NCBI GenBank assembly: GCA_039621445.1
Contig: CP154954.1
Coordinates: 19,082,642 to 19,146,641, forward strand
Reading direction: 5' to 3'
DNA from: Euglena gracilis
Lineage: Eukaryota
DNA: 64,000 bases
Positions 1 through 12,400 of this stretch are shown in pieces. The notes under the pieces were generated by a model. The model did no database searches. It saw only the letters and a list, made by a program, of their open reading frames with translations, and had not been told where the DNA came from. Both the position numbers and the translations under genes were made by a program. Numbering within the stretch: position 1 is the first letter of the stretch; every line of letters begins with the position of its first letter.

Positions 1-870
1 CAGAGAAAGGGCTGGAAAGTGCCAAAGTGGGAACAACTCTTGAAAAATGATTCCAACCCCCTTTTACCCCCTTATCATGTCATGTTAGAGTATGTGAAAC
101 GTACATCCTTTTTGCCCCTGGGGGACCATTACTCTGGAGTTTGGATGGGAAAAAACCCCTCACCTCCAATACCATTAATTCTTTGGCAAAAGATCTCATG
201 GAAAAATTTGGATTCCCCGTGTCTCACTGGACTGCTCATTCTACAAGGGGTGCTGGAGTGCTGATGTACAAAACCTTGGGGTTTTCAAGTGAAGAAGTGT
301 GTGAACTTGGCCAATGGAAAAATTCACAAGTCTTTTCAGCACACTAACCCCCCCCCCCAAAATAAGACCCGGGTCTTATTTTTGGGTCCGTTGCTGGAAA
401 CCTCCAGGGGGGGGGTCTTATTTTTGGGGGGGTCTTATTTTTCGTTTTTTTCTTGACCGACCCGGGCCCGAAAAAAACATCATTTTTGAGGTTCCCAAAA
501 ACACTTGAAATTTTCCTTCGGCGCTTCGCGCCATGTGTACATTTGTGTAAGTTGACATTCGGCATGTTTTTTTTGCACTTCAGGAATCTGAAATTTTTTG
601 AAATTTCATCATTTTTGTGTGTGAAATTTGGGTTTTTGGCAATTTCTCAGGGAAAATTTTCACCGTCCCCGGCGCTTCGCGCCGTCAGGGGGGGTCTTAT
701 TTATGGGGGGGGTCTTATTTTTGGATTTTTGCTCGATCGGCCCAGAGGGGGTCTTATTTTTTTTGGGGGGGTCTTATTTTTTGGGGGGGTCTTATTTTTT
801 TGGGGGTTTATTTAAGATTGGGTGCAGTGGAAAAGGCGGAAAAATATTCATTAAGGCAAGGGGCGCGCAC
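1..870 (+). pseudogene. Decayed tyrosine recombinase C-terminus of a DIRS-like (YR) retrotransposon, interrupted by a MITE
   Basis: Reads GPLLWSLDGKKPLTSNTINSLAKDLMEKFGFPVSHWTAHSTRGAG...LGQWKNSQVFSAH, with HxxR and W motifs. Removing 347-808 plus one TA restores H-Y-LRLGAVEKA, including the catalytic Tyr. There is an apparent frameshift near 110-120. Confidence 0.75.
347..808. mobile_element. TA-TSD (Tc1/mariner-like) MITE, AATAAGACCC family
   Basis: TA at 345-346 and 809-810. Ends ACCCC...AATAAGACCC / GGGTCTTATT...GGGGT. An inverted copy lies at 15282-15719. Confidence 0.85.
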
Positions 871-909
871 AACACCTCACCCCCAGAGTGTGCGCAGCCC
901 GAATGGTCT

Positions 910-1250
910 GGCACTCCCAGTGAGGATGACCTGGGGGGAACGGATCATGAGGGCGAAGCACAAGAGGGGGTGATCCCACCCATCCCAACCCCAAAAAACG
1001 CCCACCCCCCGTCCCCCCCCACTGGGGGGGAAGCGAGCCCGCAAGCCAGAGAAAGGGCCCCTCCGGTTCACCTTCACCAGGACGTTGTCGGAGACATCAG
1101 GAACGCCAACTCCGGCAACAAAAAGCAGTAAGAAAGTCCTCGCCAAAAAACAATCACACAGCAAGCCGGCAAAAGAAGCAGGACCTCACCCCCCTTTTTT
1201 GCTTCGCCCTCATGTTCCGGTACTCCCAGGTCATCCTCCCTGGGAGTGCC
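910..1250. repeat. ~65-bp inverted repeat pair downstream of the recombinase (DIRS ICR/terminal-repeat-like)
   Basis: 910-973 is the near reverse complement of 1186-1250. Confidence 0.7.
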
Positions 1251-1570
1251 CGCAATATGGCTTCGCAAGGGAAAAGTGCGGAGCCCGAGGTCCCTGGTTC
1301 TGTTCTCCTAGTTCGCACCTCGCCGTCCGAGAAAGCCTTGCGCTTTTAAGACGGGGCGTGAAATGGGCGCGAAATCACTCTCACCCCAAAGGCTGATGGA
1401 AATTGACGATGGGCAAATATCCACCGTGGAAGTTGAAAGCACAATGCCTCAAACGTGTCAGCGACCAACAATCCAACAGCCAGCATTTTGACACTAAGAA
1501 ACACAACAATAATGCTTGACTCCCGTGCATTAAATGAACTTTGGCCGATAGAATAATAATGTGGCTGTCA

Positions 1571-1810
1571 CTAAAGCTGGAGGAAGAGGAGGAGGAGGAG
1601 GACGCTCGCGGCCAAAACCCAGACGGAAGCGGTGCGGGTGACGGCATGGGACTCGAACACAGCGAACTCGCCAGTGTGGTACAGCCCGAACGTGACCGTG
1701 CGGGCCTCCTCGTCCACCCCCACAAGGGAGGAGGCGTTGGAGGAGGACGCGCGCGCCGCCGCGGTGGGCTCTAGCCATTGCCCTCCGTCCCACCACAGCA
1801 CCATCAACTT
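1571..1810 (-). CDS. Terminal exon of the M43 protease gene
   Basis: AG acceptor, then [14 protein letters not shown]...[15 protein letters not shown]...[17 protein letters not shown]-stop. GC3-rich codons. Confidence 0.7.
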   Translation of the reverse strand, partial: KLMVLWWDGGQWLEPTAAARASSSNASSLVGVDEEARTVTFGLYHTGEFAVFESHAVTRTASVWVLAASVLLLLLFLQL

Positions 1811-2076
1811 CTGGAGGTTGAGAGCAGGATGCTGCTTCCATTATTGCGATTCACGAGGGCAAGTCATGGGGTGAGAAGGGCAAACCATAGCCAGCCACTC
1901 GGTTCCCAAAGAAGAAAATAATAAACACCAACCCAGATATCACACGCCAATACTGGCAATGTTGTCAAAAATGCGGTGTACGATCCAGCGCCTGCACCCT
2001 CACAAACCTACCCTAATGTCTATTCCCCACCACCAACCATCCACAGACGAGATAAAATACAACTGTGTAATAAACC

Positions 2077-2145
<69 letters not shown>

Positions 2146-2928
2146 TGCACACATCCATCCATCCATCCATCCATCCATCCATCCATCCATCCATCCATCC
2201 ATCCATCCATCCATCCATCCATCCATCCATCCATCCATACATTCATACATACATACATACATGCATACATGCATACATACATACATGCATACATACATAC
2301 ATACATACATACATACATCCATACATACATACATGCATACATACATACATGCATACATGCATACATACATACATACATACATACATGCATACATACATGC
2401 ATACATACATACCATGCCCCCCCCTTTACTGTTCCCCCCACTTACTGCTCCCATTGGGGGGACGGGAACAGTACAGTGTCATAGCACTTTTTTGTAAAGG
2501 GTTCTTGGAACACAAGGTAAAAAGGGGAATTTTTTGGTCGGTTTTAGGTGCTTTCCATCCCACCAAAATCCAACCTAATGCCAAAATGGATGTTGTGGAG
2601 GTGCAATTTTCAAGCAAACCAAAAAAGCCTCATTTTGGCATTTTAGGTCGCCTTTTGGGTCTAACTTGGTTGGTTGGTTCATGGCCCAGGGAACAGTAAG
2701 GGGGGGGGAGCTTGTCCCCCCCCCTTACTGTCCCCCCCCCTTACTGTTCCCATGGACCCAAAAGGGGGCCACGGGACGGGAACAGTAAGGGGGGGGACAT
2801 GGTACATGCACACATGCATACATATATGCATACATACATACCCACAGACAGACAGACAGACAGACAGACACACATACATATTTGCAAAGAAACATACACT
2901 ACATACACGTATGCATAGACACACACAC

Positions 2929-3013
<85 letters not shown>

Positions 3014-3699
3014 TACACGTACACGTACACGTACACGTGCACATATACATATTTATACATATACAAAACCAAAATTACAAAATTCACATAATTATATTAT
3101 ACTGAAAATTGTTATTCTAATTACAACCATTACAAATAATTGACATACAATAATCATAAATTTGGAAAAAACAGACGTTGAAATCGTGCAAGAAGAATGC
3201 TTTGCAATTACAACGACAAACGACAAAGATCTTTGAAAAATATTAAATACAAAAAAAATGTAAATGCACCTTTTACTCCCCGTGGGGGGTATTAAAATAG
3301 ACAAGAAGCCTTAATGCAACTAAGGGGGGTATTTAAATGGACCCTTGGTGTGGCACGGCACCTGGGGTTGGTGAAAGCGTAGGGTCAGGGTCAAGAGTGG
3401 CCGGCCTTTGCGGTTCAGGCGGTTCAGCCGCATGCGCAAATCCCCTCCCCGGCATGATTCCCAAAGGCGAAAAAACAGGCAGGGGAAAAGAAAGATAAAA
3501 GTTGCTGAACGGTCGGCCCCACAAGGGTTTGGGACCTCTCTTTGCCTCTGGAGTGACTCTGAAAAAGAAGGTGGTGGGATTTGCAGTGCAGGCGAGCGAA
3601 ATCCGACCGGCCGGTCGTACGCCTTCACTAACCCCAGGGTGCCGTGCCAAACCAAGGGTCCACTTCAATACCCCCCCAGGGATACACTGGCCACATATG

Positions 3700-3792
<93 letters not shown>

Positions 3793-6387
3793 GTACATAT
3801 ACATATACATAAACATATACATATACATGTACATATTCATATATACATATGCATTTACGTATATATACATATACATATGTATATGCACATGCATATACAT
3901 CAATGCATGCATATGCAAATATGCATGTATATATCAAACATGCAATATCCACATGTTTTATGTTACTACAACCATCACAACCAATTGACATAAATTTATC
4001 ATTAATTGGGCAAAAATAGACGTTTGTAATCGTGCAAGAAGAATATCTTGCAATTACAACGACAAACGACAAAGGTCTTTGAAAAATTTTAAACAGAAAA
4101 AAAAATGCCTGAAGAAACCGTGGAGGCTTACAAGCAGATGCCCAATCCCACAACTCTCGAATATGAAACGTCACTTGCAGCGGCCACCGTGCACCCAACG
4201 TACCGTTCACAATTGATCCATCACTGGTGTTCGTTGCGCGCGCTGCAAAAGCCAAACCACTCCTGCGAGAAAGAAAGAACGGGGAAAAAAACGTCAAGCA
4301 AGCAGAAAAATGGAAGATAAACGAGGCTTATTTCTTAAAATCAGTTGTTAAGAAACACCCAAGGCTTATCTTGGCATCCTTTGCGGATTCTGGGACAAAC
4401 TATCCAGAATTGAACGAACATAAGCCATAGACCATAGAAATATTGCTAAATTTGAGTGCCACCCCCCCCCCCCCGATATGGGAGTGTCATTATCTTCAAA
4501 GGGAGAATGGTACCCCAAGAACGGCAAAAATAAAGCATTTTTTTTGGCAATGTTCTGGAGTCCCTGCCCCTCAAATTATAGCCAAAGAGTCCACGTTCGG
4601 ACTTTGCAAACAATTTTCTGGCGCTTTTGAACTCACAAATGTCGTGCAATTTAGAAAACAAATTTCAAAGCGATTCTGAAAATGCACAAACAAGATTTGA
4701 AATTTGCAGGTTTACCCCCCACGCTCACATCAAAGCGGGGTCAATCTTCAACAATTCTCAGTCAATTTTCAGCAATATGGGCCATAGACCCTCGACCCCT
4801 CGAGGGGGGCTCCAAAGCAAGCGAAGACCAATAGCCGAGGCAAAGCCAAAATTGAGTAACCGTTGTCCACCACCACCACCACCACCACCACCACCACCAC
4901 CACCACCACCACCACCACCACCACCACCACCACCACCACCACCACCACCACCACCACCACCACCACCACCACCACCACCACCACCACCACCACCACCACC
5001 ACCACCACCACCACCACCACCACCACCACCACCACCACCACCACCTGAGAGCAGCAAGGGTTTCCAATAGCCACACATATGAGCCAGCAGACCACTGCAT
5101 CGCTCGGGGCCAGGCCACGTTGGGGTTCGCTAAGCCGCCGCCCAAGGAGCTTCGTTCGCACACCCCGCTGGACCGGACTCTCCATCACTGCTGGTCCTTC
5201 AATAGAGGATTCCTATGGGATGGAAAAAAGCATTGCTTGGTGTGGCCTTTTCCTGGTCGACCTGGGTCAAACCATCCCCAGAAAGGGTCCAACACAGCGC
5301 CGGAAAAAGCCATCGTCGCGCACACGTACCACATTTGACACCAATTTGCCAATTTCTTTCTTTTTTTTCCTGGAGGGGGCCTCACTTGCCCGGGCTGGGC
5401 TGTCCGGCCAGGGGAGCGGTGGGGCTGCAGGGTGAGCCGCACGTCGGCCCCCGCCAGCACGCCATCGCCGGGGACAAGTACCGAGGTGAAGAACGCCGCG
5501 AGCCCGTCCCCGGCCACCGACGCGGTGCAGTTGGGGCCGGAGGTCCAGGGCTGGCACCACTCTGTGGGGCGGGCTGGGGAGGCACACCCGTGCTCATGTT
5601 TCCACACACACACACATTCACACACACACACACACATGCAGGCACACACACATAAATACACAGACACGCACGCACGCACGCACACACGCACGCGCACACA
5701 GACCACAACACATTCACACAGACAGATGCACACAGGCATGCTGTTTCTGTGTGGACAAATTTTGCAATTTGCCATATATGCAAACACAATGATCGATGTG
5801 TATGTGTATTAACACAAACATAAACACCTCCAAACCATGCACCCGAGGGGGAGAATACTTGGGCGTCCGAAATCGGGGGTCAAAGGAGGGTACACTGTTT
5901 CGGCAATATTTTTTAAATTAACCCCCCCAATGCACATATTTACATAATTTCTGGATATTTTCACGTTTTGGAACGTTTTGGTTCTATTTTTTTTGTTTTT
6001 ACGTCCATACATGCCTCAATTTTGTTGGACCAATGATTTCATCCTGCCAGTGCTCTTCGTTGCCAGATTTGCACCACAGATGTTTGGCAGGGGGGAGGCT
6101 ATATTGAAATCCCCAAACAGGACATATCATTATTTGGGGGTTATATTTTTGTGCATTCTGTGTTTTTTGAACACGTGTGCAAAAACTTATCACACCACAT
6201 GCATACAATTTGTTGCCTCCTTGCAAAAATTAAAATAGGTTTGATTTGAATTTGGATTTTCAAAGATGCGAACTTATATTGAACGAATTCATACGATACA
6301 AACATGTGAGTGCCTGGATGTGTGTATGGGCGAGTACGTGCATGTGCGCGCGCGCGTGCGTGCGTGCGTGCATGCGTGCGTGCGTGC

Positions 6388-6475
<88 letters not shown>

Positions 6476-9400
6476 GCATACAGACAGGTGGGCCAAAAAC
6501 ACCCTTCTCCCTTCGTAAATCCATGGTTTGTGCCATATGACCGAAAGATCGTCTTGAGGGGTTTTTAATTGGAGGTCTCGTCCACAATTGGTGGTTGAGG
6601 GGGAAAGCGTTTGGATGCAATGTGAGTGTCAAAAATACTTTGGTGGATGGCGCATGGATGCTTTGATGGTCAATTAACTGATTCTTTCTTTAACAGAGGA
6701 CCCTCACAACCCTTCCTCAGCAAAGACACAAAAAGTGAAAGAACAAGATGTTGAGCCTTCCCCCTGCAAAACTTTGCCCTTTGGCTGAAGGGATGGCAAA
6801 GCGCCGTCGATGGCTCCATGACCGTGAGAATCCCGCCGATGTTAGAAATAAAAATTTTCCCAAACGTGATTCACTTGAGGAAATTCGGAATTTCCCCCAT
6901 TCTCGGAACAAATCGGTCCTGGGATGCGATTATTTTCAATGAGGGACGCCCTGGTAGGGCTGGGCAGGTCTGTCATTTAGGATCCTTGGTGGAAAAATTC
7001 GGGGTTGCCATTTGGGGGAGGGTGCGAGGGGCTTTTAATTGGGTGTTTATGGCTCCTCTTTGACTTGCTGCATCGCTGAATTGCTGGCAGGTGTCGTTTC
7101 GATTCGCAGTGGATGAGGACATCATCTGCTGTGGAGATGCACACCGCAATGTTTCCCGGTGTAGTTGGGGGCACAATAGCAACCTCCCGTGACAGAGCAC
7201 TGGCCGTGGACGGCACAGCCACACAACCCTCCATCCCCTGATTGGAAGAAAGTGGAAACGAAAGACGGTGGGTTGGGGGGTGACCGTGTTGCATAAACCC
7301 GTGTAGTCTACAATGGGACTTTGAATTGACTCTGTGTGGTTGACTGGTGCAACCAGTTCGGATCCAAAGACCTGGCAAATCGCTTGCAGGAAGCCGGGAG
7401 GAAAAGTGCTTATGGAATGAGCTGAACATGTGGACCTGAAACAGGCAGATATGCCGACTGGGGTGTGTTTTTCTCCGAAAACATTATAAAAAATCTGGGC
7501 ATTTCCTTTTCATTGCATCAATTTGAATGGGAGAGAGCTGAACCTATTCCCAGCAACTTCAATCAACACCTGGGAAAGTAATCAATCCCCTGGCCCAGTG
7601 GGAAAAAAAAATTGCTTGGACCTGAAAATGCCTCCTGTTTCAGAAATACACGCATGATCGAAGATATACTGACCCAGGACTTTTGGCTTTAATCATTTCA
7701 TGCTTCACACACGCGCCAAACAGAGACAGATGAAATCCTAAGGGAATAGAGCCAATAACTTATCTCGCAGCTGCGTGCCCGAAAGACGCTGAAAACGCTG
7801 CCTTGCCAATCTTTATGCGGTTTGAGAAAAAAATGTTCCCAAATTGCAAACATCGGCACAATAAAAAGAAAACGGGTCCTGTCAGAAGCCGAGCAACGAT
7901 GCAACATCATTACTTCACAATACACATTGAAAACAAAACAAGTTGAGAAACACTGCAACACACACACACACACACAAATACATGAGAAAAGCTGTCGATA
8001 AGCTGTGCCTGGGTGTGTACTTTCAGAAATCGACAAGCACAGCAAATATTCCTTGAAAATGGTTCTAAAATATAGCAAGACAAAAGATACAGCGGAGGGG
8101 GCCAAAAAATCTGTTATCGATCAATCATCCTATTTTTCATGCCAATGATCATGTCGTATGTTGAAAAAATAATCATCATACTGCAACCACGCCATACATT
8201 TATATTCATGTTGCATCATACAACAAAAATTGTGTCAGATAAAAAATAAATTGGACATCATCACATCAAAGACAACAAACACAACAAAACTCAATACAAT
8301 CACGTAACCAACAACATCATTTGAATACTGATGAGAGAAATGCCATGGGGATTGAAACAGCAAATACCTGGGTTAAAACTGCACGTCCGGGAGGCTTCAG
8401 AGCAAATGCAATACCCAAATGTACAATTACCAGCCACGAGTCCTGTGGAAAATGACAAGGCACTCAAACTCTGTTTGAACAATCAGCATTGCACTTAATC
8501 GACGTATATATATGTATATATATGTATATATATTATGTGTATATATATTTCTATATATATACACACATATACACTGTGGGTTGAACTACCCTTAAACCTG
8601 GAGAGGCTATAAGACACCCGGGTGACTGGTGCCCCAGAAATCCCTCCCCCTGGCTGGTGCACCTGTACAGCCCTGTGTGGCAATCTATTGTGGGGACGCT
8701 CATTGTACCCTACAAACCACCGACGAGTTGTGGTCTCCGCTGCCGATGCCTACAGGCCAGGCACCGCGCCACCTTGCGTCACCAGCGGCGCGCGGTATCG
8801 CTGCATCACCTGCTGCATGCGCTCGTTCTGCCCTGGCGTGGACAGGACTGTTTCCAGGTTGACCTCCCCCCACTGGAGGGTGGAGGGTTGTCGGACCCCC
8901 TTGCCACCCACCACCCATAGAGTTTCCGGGCAGACATTATTATAAAATTATAAACAATGGCTATTTTCAAGTATTTACTTTTATTTATATATTTTTTTAA
9001 AACCTCAAAATGGCTAAAATTTGAATTTCCGACGAAATGCCTTTAAACGCCTCAAAAATACCTTAAAATACCTGAATCATTTTTAAAAGAATGCCCTAAA
9101 ACCAATGCCTGTTTCTGGGGTTCCCGGTAGCCCTGGGCGTGAACTCGGACATGCAGCTGTCGTCGGTGTAGCCCATGTAGTTGTGGATGGGGTCCTCCCC
9201 CGGCCGGGCGGGGCACGTGTTGCGCCCCGCGGGGCATCCCTGCGCCGGAGAGCAGGAACGCTGGAAAGTCCGGGGCAGAACGGGAAGGCCTGGTGGGAGG
9301 GTGGTCGACCCCCCACCCCACCCAGACCCACCACAGCATTTTTCACAAATTCTTTGGGGTCGAGAATTGGTGCTCCCGGAAATGCCGGAGGAGGGGGTGG

Positions 9401-12400
9401 GGGGGTCGACCCCCCCCCCACCCCCTGGCCATTTTGCCGAAGCCTGTTCTGTCCTGGCCCCGGAGGGGCATTCGATGAAATTGCAGATGATGTGGTGCAC
9501 GACCGCTCCCACGCAGGCCGGAAATGCTTCTCAGGTGCCTGGGGTGGATGAGACAGCAAGGTGTCACTCCCCTCTCAAGCCCATATGGTCGGTCAGTACC
9601 GGCGGCCTTGACAATTTCCTGACCCCCCCCCCCCCCACAATAGAGGTTCGGGGCCAGCTACCAGCCCAGGTCCAAATGGAAGCGGACCCTGCACCGCCAA
9701 ACTCCGGTTCCTTGGAAGCACATGCTCCATTTTTGAGGGGGTTCAAAAGAAAATCAACAAGAAGTCATGCAGGTTGGGTCCAATAGAAGCGCACCCCCGC
9801 CGCCGGAGGCAGCGGCTCTCTATTAGCGCATCTGTGTATTTTTTTTTTGGGACAGGACTGCGTCAACAAATCGGCCAGCGTTGGAGACATGGTCTCAGAA
9901 GAGGCAGGCTCTCTCTCGGTCACAACACTTTCCTGGGGCGGGGGGTTGGTGGGTTTGTTCAAAACAGTGAGCACTGAATCGTTTTCAAATTTGGTTCATT
10001 CACTCACACGTTCAGCACCGGCTGCTGTTGTGCTTATTATTCCAGAATGCTTTCCATTCCGTTATTCCGTGAATTCATCAGGATATAAATAGGGGATTCT
10101 TGAAGATCCGCAGCCAGGTGGCTTAGGGGTCCAGAAGGAGGGGGGGGGGTCTGCTACCAGGATAGATCCAGTTGATCCTGAAAAATGGCAAAAGACCAAA
10201 TCCCGGTGGGTTGGATTTTATCGGCTGGAATTCCGAGGTGAAGTCCCTGAAAACCTGGAAAGACGAACAACAGCGTTGAAAGAAAGCGGGGTTTCTGCAT
10301 CCAACAGGATTCAGTGATTGAGTAAAAATAAGACCCCCCAAACATTCAGCCCCCCCCCCCCCCCGATGGCCTGAAGGGCCGGGGAGGCTGTAGAAATTCT
10401 GCCAAAAAATAGATACCCACTGGAGGTTTCCGGGAAAATACCCCAAAATAAGACCCGGCTGGATGGGAATCCAAACTTGTTGATGGAGGTGGGAAGAGTT
10501 TGGGGCTTTGGCCGGCCGGGCCAAGGCACTACGTCACGTCCTGACAGGAATAAGAAGACGCCGGGGGGCACCTTAGCCGGGGTGCTCATGGCCGGGGTGT
10601 CGTCCACCATGTCGGCAGGGTCCGCCGCAGGCGGTTGTGGTCCTTCGGAAGTGGGGGTGGGGCATCCCCCAAACAGTGCAAGGGGGAACGCCTGTGGGGG
10701 CTTCGCCTTCGCATTTCTCCGTTTTTCAAAAAAGGCCCTGGCACATTCCACCCAACCACCCACCCACCCGGTGGCCATCCATCTGGTGGCCCCTGGGGGG
10801 GGGGACATATTCCGGCCGGCCCGAAACTTTATTTAGGGTTCTATTCCAGTTTATTTGGTTTATCCCAATCGATTCTGGAATTAATTTCGGACATTCCGGC
10901 ACATTTCTGCTGAAGTGGACTGCGATAAATTTCATATATATTTCATACCTAGATTTTCTTTGTTTTTTTGTAACAACAGTGGTAAGAGTTTAGGTGTCAT
11001 TCAAAAAAGATTTTTCCTAAAAATCCAAAATATGATATTTGGAGCTGGCTTGTGCTTACCGACCGGGAGGGGAAGGGGGGGGTGGGTGCTATAGGGTGCC
11101 TGCCACTAGCAGGCACACCCCCCAATGAAAATTTTCATTGAAAATGGCCTTTTCTGGGCCCCCGGCGCCTTTGGCGCTGGGGTCGGAGGGGGGGGGGTGC
11201 CTGCTAGCAAGCACCTATAGTCAAGCCCAAAAATTTCCCATTTTAGGCCATTTTTTTTTTAGGCCATTTTAGGCCATTTAAGGCCCTTTTAGGCCATTTT
11301 AAGGTATAGGTGGGGGTTCTGAAAATCATAATTTTGCGAAAACTGCATAATAACGTGTGCGAACCTTCTCTTACTCAGTAATGAGAAATGTACATCCAAA
11401 AAAGCATGCAAAATTCATGAACACTGGATCAAAACAATGGGAAGCTCAACAAATCTTAATTCATGCCCCATAGAGGAATTCTGAACAATAAGAATTTGTG
11501 GCAATGAAAAATTTTCAGGAAAAAAACGTGGACAAATATTAAAAGTTTTTATTTGTGCGACCAAAAAAGCACCCAGTTTTTTTGTATTTTGTGAAATCTA
11601 TATCATTTTGCGGGATTTCGCAAAAAGAAGTTCCTGACTTTTCTGGGGGAATAATTCATCTTCATTGTCTGCACGTGGCTTATATACATATTAAGGAATC
11701 GTGAATATACACAAATTAAGGAACCAAGTGTGAATGGAAGGAGGAGGGGAGCCAAACTCTGGGGGGGGGTTATGCATACGAAGTTGGTACCTGAAGATTG
11801 ACTCCCAAGCCTTGACCTCCCCCAAAACATAAGATCCCAACCACGCCATAAGACACCCCCAACCTTGGACGTCATTTGGGGATTTTCGGTCCAACGCCAA
11901 ATTTGATGCTGTTGCCTGGTGAGATCCAATTTGATTTTGGTATTGTTTTTTTTTTTTGCCATTTGGGCCTTTTTTGGCGATTGCAGAGATCAAAGGGCAA
12001 AGCTGTAAACAATTCCTCTTCTCCGTGTTTGGTTTCCCCCTAGGAGAAACTTAATACTAAAACTTCATTCCAAATTTGCACTGTTTCATTATCTGCGAAG
12101 CAGACATCGTTGCACACCAAAAAAAGGATGGGAGTAAGAAAAATACTGCTGTCCAAACCTTCAAAATTCAGCTACCAAAAGAAGGTTGGGGACCGTGGAT
12201 TTGGGGACTGATACTATTATTAGTTGGGATAAAAAAAAAGGGCCTTGCGGGGCTGTGCTCCTCTACCAAATCCAATGTTCGCCGTCCACATTGACAAAAG
12301 ACACCAAAAGTCAGTACCTGAATGGCTACAGTTGTGCAACGAAAATTTTCCCATTTTAGGCCATTTTAGGCCATTTTAGGCCATTTTAGGCCATTTAGCT

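Noticed and set aside
3395-3445. GC-rich micro-exon candidate
   Set aside because: It lies inside the 3324-3677 inverted-repeat element and is not needed for the gene model.
1959-6632. Long ORF-track entries (poly-Q/T/P, HT, CV repeats)
   Set aside because: They are translations of microsatellites. The same applies at 35797-36571, 44570-45249 and most of 59507-60744.
6770-6850. Exon candidate [15 protein letters not shown]
   Set aside because: The flanking exons already join in phase to give GKHCEWCQP.
6977-7429. 150-aa minus ORF
   Set aside because: It is the wrong frame; the overlapping frame gives a clear EGF-like exon.
7330-7640. Possible DIRS pol fragments (also ~40290-40600 and ~43960-44250)
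   Set aside because: Too degenerate to support without a profile search.
9790-9825. Exon candidate between protease exons
   Set aside because: The direct join [13 protein letters not shown] matches M43 spacing.
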